DNA from: Pirellulales bacterium
GTDB lineage: Bacteria > Planctomycetota > Planctomycetia > Pirellulales > JAICIG01
Length of the DNA: 64,000 nucleotides
NCBI GenBank assembly: GCA_040901675.1
Contig: JBBDYJ010000032.1
Coordinates: 229,067-293,066 of the forward strand
Direction: 5' to 3'
This document shows, one piece after another, positions 58,864-64,000 of this stretch. The notes under the pieces were generated by a model. The model saw nothing but the letters and a program-made list of their open reading frames with translations. It searched no databases and had not been told where the DNA came from. Both the position numbers and the translations under genes were made by a program. Position 1 is the first letter of the stretch. Each line of letters opens with the position of its first letter.

Positions 58864-59787
58864 CTACGCGCCGGCGGGTAGCGGGCGGCGGAGGCGGCGG
58901 CGGAGAATGACCGCTGCGAGCAAGCTGGGAATGCTCAACACGGCAAGCCAAGGGGCCAGCGCCACCAGCGCCAAAAGCACCTTCTGGCCGACAAGGACCA
59001 GCGCGCTCCAGGAGCCCTCGAAGACCCGCCGGATCTGCGTGGCGAAGGTGGGCGCCTGCTCGGGCCGGTAGTCGCGGATTTCCTCGCAGCGCAGCGTGAC
59101 CGTGGCCAGCGACGTCAGGTCCGAGAGCACCCGCAGGCGGCCTTCCATCCGCTCGACCTCGCCGCGGACGCGGGCGATCTCGCGTTCGACGGCCAGCACG
59201 TCTTCCAGCTTGCCGGTCCGCTCGTCCAGCAGCTTCAGCAGCCGCGCCTCCTCCTGCTTCGAGTTGCGGATGCGGGCCTCCAGATCGAAAAACTCTTCGG
59301 TCACCTCCTGCGAGCGGGTGCTGACCGTGCGGATCTCCCCCAGGTCGCGGGCGGCCGCGACGAAGTCGTCGAAGCGCTGCGCCGGCACGCGAATCTGCCA
59401 CTCGCCGCGGCGGGGCCGGCCCTGCGAGCCACCCAACCGCGAGTTGGCAACGAACGCATCGAAGCGGCTGACGAGCGCATGGACTTTGCCCGCCACGGGC
59501 GAAAAGTCCTCGACCACCAGATCGAGCTCGGCGTTGAAGATGATCTTGCGGGCGGGTGCCTTCAGCGGCCCGGCCGCCGGTTGCTTGGGCTCCGCCTCGC
59601 CGCCCATTGCGTGCGCGGCCTCGTCGCCGGCAGCGTCATCCTGCTCGATGCGGGTAACGGCCGGGGCGTCCCAGCCGGACTGCTCCGCCGTGCCGCTCGG
59701 CGATACTGCCGACCGTCCGCACCCCGCGGGCAAGAGTGTGCAAACAAACAAGGCCGCACACGCGGCAAACATCCAAGCGCATCTCAT
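58864..59787 (-). CDS. DUF4349-family lipoprotein/membrane protein
   Basis: PAG|C; RKIIFNA, IRVPA, EVTEEFFDLEAR, LAVERE..RVRGEVE; C-terminal TM. Confidence 0.88.
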   Translation of the reverse strand: MRCAWMFAACAALFVCTLLPAGCGRSAVSPSGTAEQSGWDAPAVTRIEQDDAAGDEAAHAMGGEAEPKQPAAGPLKAPARKIIFNAELDLVVEDFSPVAGKVHALVSRFDAFVANSRLGGSQGRPRRGEWQIRVPAQRFDDFVAAARDLGEIRTVSTRSQEVTEEFFDLEARIRNSKQEEARLLKLLDERTGKLEDVLAVEREIARVRGEVERMEGRLRVLSDLTSLATVTLRCEEIRDYRPEQAPTFATQIRRVFEGSWSALVLVGQKVLLALVALAPWLAVLSIPSLLAAVILRRRLRRPLPAGA

Positions 59788-60019
59788 GGTTTCACCTTTC
59801 GAGTGCCCCCGGTAGATCCTGGCCACAATGCTCCTCGCTTTGTTTAGATGCTCCGGGCGGGCGGAAAATTCCCAGTGGCCGCCGGAACAGGACTTTTTGG
59901 ATGTTTCCTGGGCAGCGAAGACCGATAAGACTGGAAAGCCGCGCCGATTCCAGGCATGCTATTGACGCGCCAGTTCGGCCGCCGGCCGTTGAATCGACTT
60001 AAGCTGTGAACCCACGCTC

Positions 60020-61120
60020 ATGCCCATCGAATTTCGCTGCCTCCAATGCGGCAAGCTGCTGCGAACCGGCGACGACACGGCTGGCAAGCAGGCCAAGTGC
60101 CCCTCGTGCGGGAGCATTCAGCAGATACCGGCGAGTTCCGTTCCAGCAGCGGCTCCCGACCAAGATCTCGGGCCGGCGGCCGAGCCCACGTATGGGCTGG
60201 CCCCGGAGCCGGTCGCGGCTCGCAATCCGTTTCAACAGGCGCCTGCCGCAAGATCTCCCCAGGACGAAGCCAACCCGTACCGCTCGCCCGCCGCATCGCT
60301 GGCTCCCGATGCCCCGCCGACGGTGCCGGGACAGTTGCGCCCAAGCCGCATCGATGTCGGCGACATGTTGACAAGCACCTGGGAGATTTTCAAGCCCCAG
60401 ATGGGGATGTGCATCGCCGTGGCAATCACCTGTATTGTCTTGAACATTGCGATCCAACTCATAGGCCAGGCAGTTGAAAACATTGCTCAAGCCATTGGGC
60501 CCGTGGAGGTCTTCCTCGTCGTAAGCATTGCCTCCGAGATCATTCAGTGGTGCGTTCAAGTTTGGCTGGCCGCCGGGCAGGCGTTGTTCATGTTGCGAGT
60601 CGGACGCGGTGCAGATGCCCCGTTTACCTTAGTGTTTGCCGGGGGGCCCTACTTAATTCGAATCATTCTGGCCACGATTCTATTGGGGCTGCTGACCCTG
60701 ACCGTGCTGGCAATGTGCGGCCTCCCGGCCTTGATCGGTTACGTCACCACGCGCGACCAGAATCTAACATTGGGCCTGGGTGCTTTTGGTGTCTTGTTGG
60801 GAATTCCGCTCCTTATGTACGTTTCACTAACCTTCTCGCAAGTCCAATTCCTGATCATCGACCGGAACATTGGCCCCGTGGAGTCGCTGCTCACGTCGCG
60901 CCAGATCACTCCCGGCAACCGGCTTGCCATATTGGCACTGTATATAATCGCAACGTTCCTAATCGTCGGCGGTTTTTTTGCCTGCCTGATCGGCGCGGTC
61001 TTTACACTTCCGTATTCGATGTTGCTGTTCGCCGTCGTGTACCTGGCCATGACCGGCCAGCCGACCGCGGATCAGTGGCTCCAGCAGCCGCCTGGCCGGG
61101 TGCCCGTGCCGACGACTTAA
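60020..61120 (+). CDS. Zinc-ribbon + multi-TM membrane protein
   Basis: CLQC...AGKQAKCPSC, Pro-rich linker with NPY, then about 6 TM helices. Confidence 0.82.
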   Translation: MPIEFRCLQCGKLLRTGDDTAGKQAKCPSCGSIQQIPASSVPAAAPDQDLGPAAEPTYGLAPEPVAARNPFQQAPAARSPQDEANPYRSPAASLAPDAPPTVPGQLRPSRIDVGDMLTSTWEIFKPQMGMCIAVAITCIVLNIAIQLIGQAVENIAQAIGPVEVFLVVSIASEIIQWCVQVWLAAGQALFMLRVGRGADAPFTLVFAGGPYLIRIILATILLGLLTLTVLAMCGLPALIGYVTTRDQNLTLGLGAFGVLLGIPLLMYVSLTFSQVQFLIIDRNIGPVESLLTSRQITPGNRLAILALYIIATFLIVGGFFACLIGAVFTLPYSMLLFAVVYLAMTGQPTADQWLQQPPGRVPVPTT

Positions 61121-61149
61121 GACCGTCGCTCGCGATTGAGACGCCAGCC

Positions 61150-61430
61150 CGTCCGCCGGCCGTTGGATCGACTTAACCCGGAAAAAACCCAGACCATGCC
61201 CATCGAATTTCGCTGCCTTGAATGCGGCAAGCTAGTTCGTACCGGCGACGACACGGCCGGCAAGCAAGCCAAGTGCCCATCGGGCGGGTGCCTTCAGCAA
61301 GTACCGACGGGTTCTGCCGCTGAAGAGGCTCCCGACCAGATTCTCAGGTCAGCAGCTCAGCCTACGTATGGACTTGCTCCGGACGCATCTTTGCGGGCGA
61401 CATGCTGACAAGCACCTGGGAGATCTACAT
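61150..61430 (+). pseudogene. Internally deleted tandem duplicate of the 5' part of 60020..61120
   Basis: MPIEFRCLECGKLVRTGDDTAGKQAKCPSG from 61196; out-of-frame GACATGCTGACAAGCACCTGGGAGAT; upstream CGCCGGC..TT..ATCGACTTAA also duplicated. Confidence 0.85.
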
Positions 61431-61582
61431 GGCCAGATGCGGATCTTGTACCAAGGGTAGTTGCGGATGCAGTTGATTCACCCAAAGGCATGGCAATAGT
61501 GTATCATGCAAGCCGGGAGTTCAAACGACACAATCCGCGATGATGCGAAATCGCGGCCGGCTCGTCCAAAGGAGATCTTTCC

Positions 61583-62131
61583 GTGGCGGAAGCGCCTGAG
61601 CGGCTCGAAAAGGCCACCTTCGGCGGGGGTTGCTTCTGGTGCACCGAGGCGGTCCTCCAGCAGCTCAAGGGAGTACACTCGGTAGTCTCCGGCTACAGCG
61701 GAGGCGGCCTGCCGAATCCGACGTACCGCGACGTCTGCTCGGGCACGACCGGACATGCCGAGGTGATTCAAATCAGCTTCGACCCCAACGTGATTTCATA
61801 TCCGGAGCTGCTCGAAGTCTTCTGGAAAACGCACGACCCGACGACGCTCAACCGGCAGGGGAACGACGTGGGCACGCAGTACCGCTCGGTCGTCTTCTAT
61901 CACTCGGACGAACAGCGCGAACAGGCCGAGCACATCAAGCGAAAGCTGGACGAGTCCGGCGCCTGGGGCGCCCCGATCGTCACCGAGATCGCGCCGCTGA
62001 CGGCCTTCTATCCGGCCGAGGGCTATCACCAGAATTACTACAACGATAACTCGCGGCAGCCGTACTGCTCGGTGGTGATCGGCCCCAAGCTCGACAAGGT
62101 GAAGAAGGTATTCCAGGACAAGCTGAAATAG
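61583..62131 (+). CDS. msrA: Peptide-methionine (S)-S-oxide reductase
   Basis: GGGCFWCTE, GHAE, HDPT..NRQGND.GTQYRS, AEGYHQNY, PYC. Confidence 0.95.
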   Translation: MAEAPERLEKATFGGGCFWCTEAVLQQLKGVHSVVSGYSGGGLPNPTYRDVCSGTTGHAEVIQISFDPNVISYPELLEVFWKTHDPTTLNRQGNDVGTQYRSVVFYHSDEQREQAEHIKRKLDESGAWGAPIVTEIAPLTAFYPAEGYHQNYYNDNSRQPYCSVVIGPKLDKVKKVFQDKLK

Positions 62132-62134
62132 CCG

Positions 62135-63997
62135 TCAATCGGGCACGGCCGTGTTGAGCGCCCGGCGGAGCCGATCGAGCTGCGGGGCGTATCGAGGATC
62201 GCCGGACAGATCGTGCTCCTCACGCGGGTCGGCGTCGAGACGGTAGAGCAGCTCCACTCCGCCGCCCTGGCGGATGTACTTCATCCCCTCCAGCGTGATC
62301 GACTGCATCGGGCCCCCGGCCACCGGCGAGCGGCCATGATCGGGCGGGTACCGGGATGGCGTGGCGATCTGCGAGATCACGGGCACTGCCTCATCGTCGC
62401 CGGCCGACGGCACGACATTCAAGAGCGAGCGGCCCGCGAAGGGGTGGCGGCTGCCGTCCTCCAGCATCGTGGCCACCGTGGCGGGGATGTCGGCCAGGCT
62501 CACGGCATCGGGCACGCGCACGCCGCCGGCAACGCCAGGGCCGATCAAGATCAGCGGCACGTGCAGCACCGGCTGGTACAAGCTGTTGCCGTGCAAGAAC
62601 AGGCCGTGCTCGCCGAAATGCTCGCCATGGTCGGACGTGATGATCACCAAGGTGTTTTCCAACTCGCCGCGGTGATCGAGCTCAAAGAACAACTGCCCCA
62701 ACCGCAGGTCGAGGTAGCGGATGCAGTCGTGGTAGGACTGCCGTGCCAGGGTAATCAGCTCCGGCGACAACTTGAGCTTGTCGATCCACCACCAGTGGCT
62801 GATAGCCAGCCGCTCTTCGACGCTTTCGAGCGGACGACGGCCTCCCGTGGGCGGCACATACGGATCGTGGGCGTCCCAGTAGTTGAGGAAAGCAAAATAG
62901 GGCCGCCGCTCGCGCTGGTCGAGCCAGGCCAAAAAATCCGCATTGAGCCGGTCGGCCGTCTTGCGCCCGGGCCAGTTGGCGTGGCCGCAACGCGCCGGGA
63001 CATTGCTCATCAGGAGTTTGCGGCCCAGGGCGGTGCACAGCGCGAACTCGCCCCACGAATGGCCATAATCCTCGTAGTGGGCGAAGCCGCGTGCCAGGCC
63101 GGTCTCGCGGCTGGTGTAGCGCGTGTTGGCCACGAATCCGGCCGTTTCATAGCCGCGAGCGGCCAGCCACTCGGCCAGCGTGGTCTGACGGCCGTCGAGC
63201 GGCGAGCTCCAATCGCACGACAGCTCGTGCGGCAGCAGCCCGGTAAACATCCCCGCATGGGCGGGAAGCGTCCAAGGCGCGGTTGAAAGCGCCTGCTCGA
63301 AGACCACGCCTCCGGCGGCCAGCCGATCGAGGTTAGGAGAAGCATCGCCGCCCTGACCGTGCAGTCCCAAGGCGTCGGCCCGCACCGTATCGAGCACGAT
63401 CAAGATGACGTTGGGCGCGCCACGGGGCGGGGCCGGCAGCGCCGACAGGGCGGCGCGCTCGGCTTGCCAGGCATGTCCTTCGGCGACCGCGGCGATCAGG
63501 GCCACCGCCACCGGCAGCCAGACGGCGCCGCGTCGAACGGCGGCCAGCACGGTCCGGCCATGTCGCTCCGCCAGCCGGCCCGTGGCCGCCGCCAGTCCGA
63601 GCGCCAACATGGCCTGCGCCATGGTGTGCAGCTTGGGCACCAGCAAAACAAGGTTGAACCAGCCGGCAAAGGCGAGCAAAGTGACCACCAGAGACAGCAG
63701 TGCCGGCTGCGGCCGCCGGCCTGCGACCCAAGCCAGCCCGAGCGCCGGCAGCGCGAAGACCGCAAGCTGGGCTATCGGCGCCATCCAGAGATAGCCGTGC
63801 CCCTGGGCAATGAACTCGCCGAGTACGTGGCGCCTGAACGCCCAATGAGCTGCTTCGAGCAGTCCGGTGAGCAGCGCCAAGCAGAGCGCCAGGCGCAGCA
63901 CGTCGGCGGGCCGCAGGTCAGGCGCGGGCGCGGCCGTTCGCCGGGTCGCCGCCGGCCGCTGGACGCCGGCAGCCGGCCGCGCCGCGTCGGTTTCCAC
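62135..63997 (-). CDS. Membrane-anchored sulfatase-like hydrolase (alkaline phosphatase superfamily)
   Basis: N-terminal TM region; PNVILIVLDT.RAD, WTLPAH, HDPY, TSDHGE, HG. Start lies at the window edge. Confidence 0.88.
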   Translation of the reverse strand: METDAARPAAGVQRPAATRRTAAPAPDLRPADVLRLALCLALLTGLLEAAHWAFRRHVLGEFIAQGHGYLWMAPIAQLAVFALPALGLAWVAGRRPQPALLSLVVTLLAFAGWFNLVLLVPKLHTMAQAMLALGLAAATGRLAERHGRTVLAAVRRGAVWLPVAVALIAAVAEGHAWQAERAALSALPAPPRGAPNVILIVLDTVRADALGLHGQGGDASPNLDRLAAGGVVFEQALSTAPWTLPAHAGMFTGLLPHELSCDWSSPLDGRQTTLAEWLAARGYETAGFVANTRYTSRETGLARGFAHYEDYGHSWGEFALCTALGRKLLMSNVPARCGHANWPGRKTADRLNADFLAWLDQRERRPYFAFLNYWDAHDPYVPPTGGRRPLESVEERLAISHWWWIDKLKLSPELITLARQSYHDCIRYLDLRLGQLFFELDHRGELENTLVIITSDHGEHFGEHGLFLHGNSLYQPVLHVPLILIGPGVAGGVRVPDAVSLADIPATVATMLEDGSRHPFAGRSLLNVVPSAGDDEAVPVISQIATPSRYPPDHGRSPVAGGPMQSITLEGMKYIRQGGGVELLYRLDADPREEHDLSGDPRYAPQLDRLRRALNTAVPD

Positions 63998-64000
63998 CGG

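Overview
High-GC bacterial chromosome segment whose gene content and repeat types suggest a planctomycete (inference). From left to right: (1) a type IV pilus/T2SS-like cluster (end of PilB/GspE, PilC, six prepilin-like genes, a PilM-PilN fusion, PilO-like, secretin, a displaced PilP-like lipoprotein, a PilZ-like protein and a CpaE/TadZ-like REC-ATPase). (2) Housekeeping and envelope genes (tdh-kbl, HtrA-like protease, serine hydrolase, glgX, cytochrome c'-like protein, purM, DsbD, a Zn metalloprotease-PII-receiver operon). (3) A groEL-groES-groEL-dnaJ-grpE-FmdB-yacG operon behind a consensus sigma-54 promoter. (4) An accessory region downstream of comM/yifB: a ~3 kb islet bounded by a diverged duplicate of the comM 3' end, then a poly-HAMP hybrid kinase-CheR-REC/PP2C cassette that abuts a 5'-truncated DUF4198-like gene. 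The best candidate for an undescribed system is in that islet: a HicB-like ribbon-helix-helix gene coupled to a 125-aa stand-alone sigma-70 region 1.2-2 protein. This protein keeps the core-RNAP-binding motif but has lost the promoter-melting aromatics, so it could be a sigma-mimic toxin/antitoxin pair or a split sigma factor. I saw no tRNA, rRNA, CRISPR array or integrase. All family assignments come from reading motifs by eye, not from database searches.
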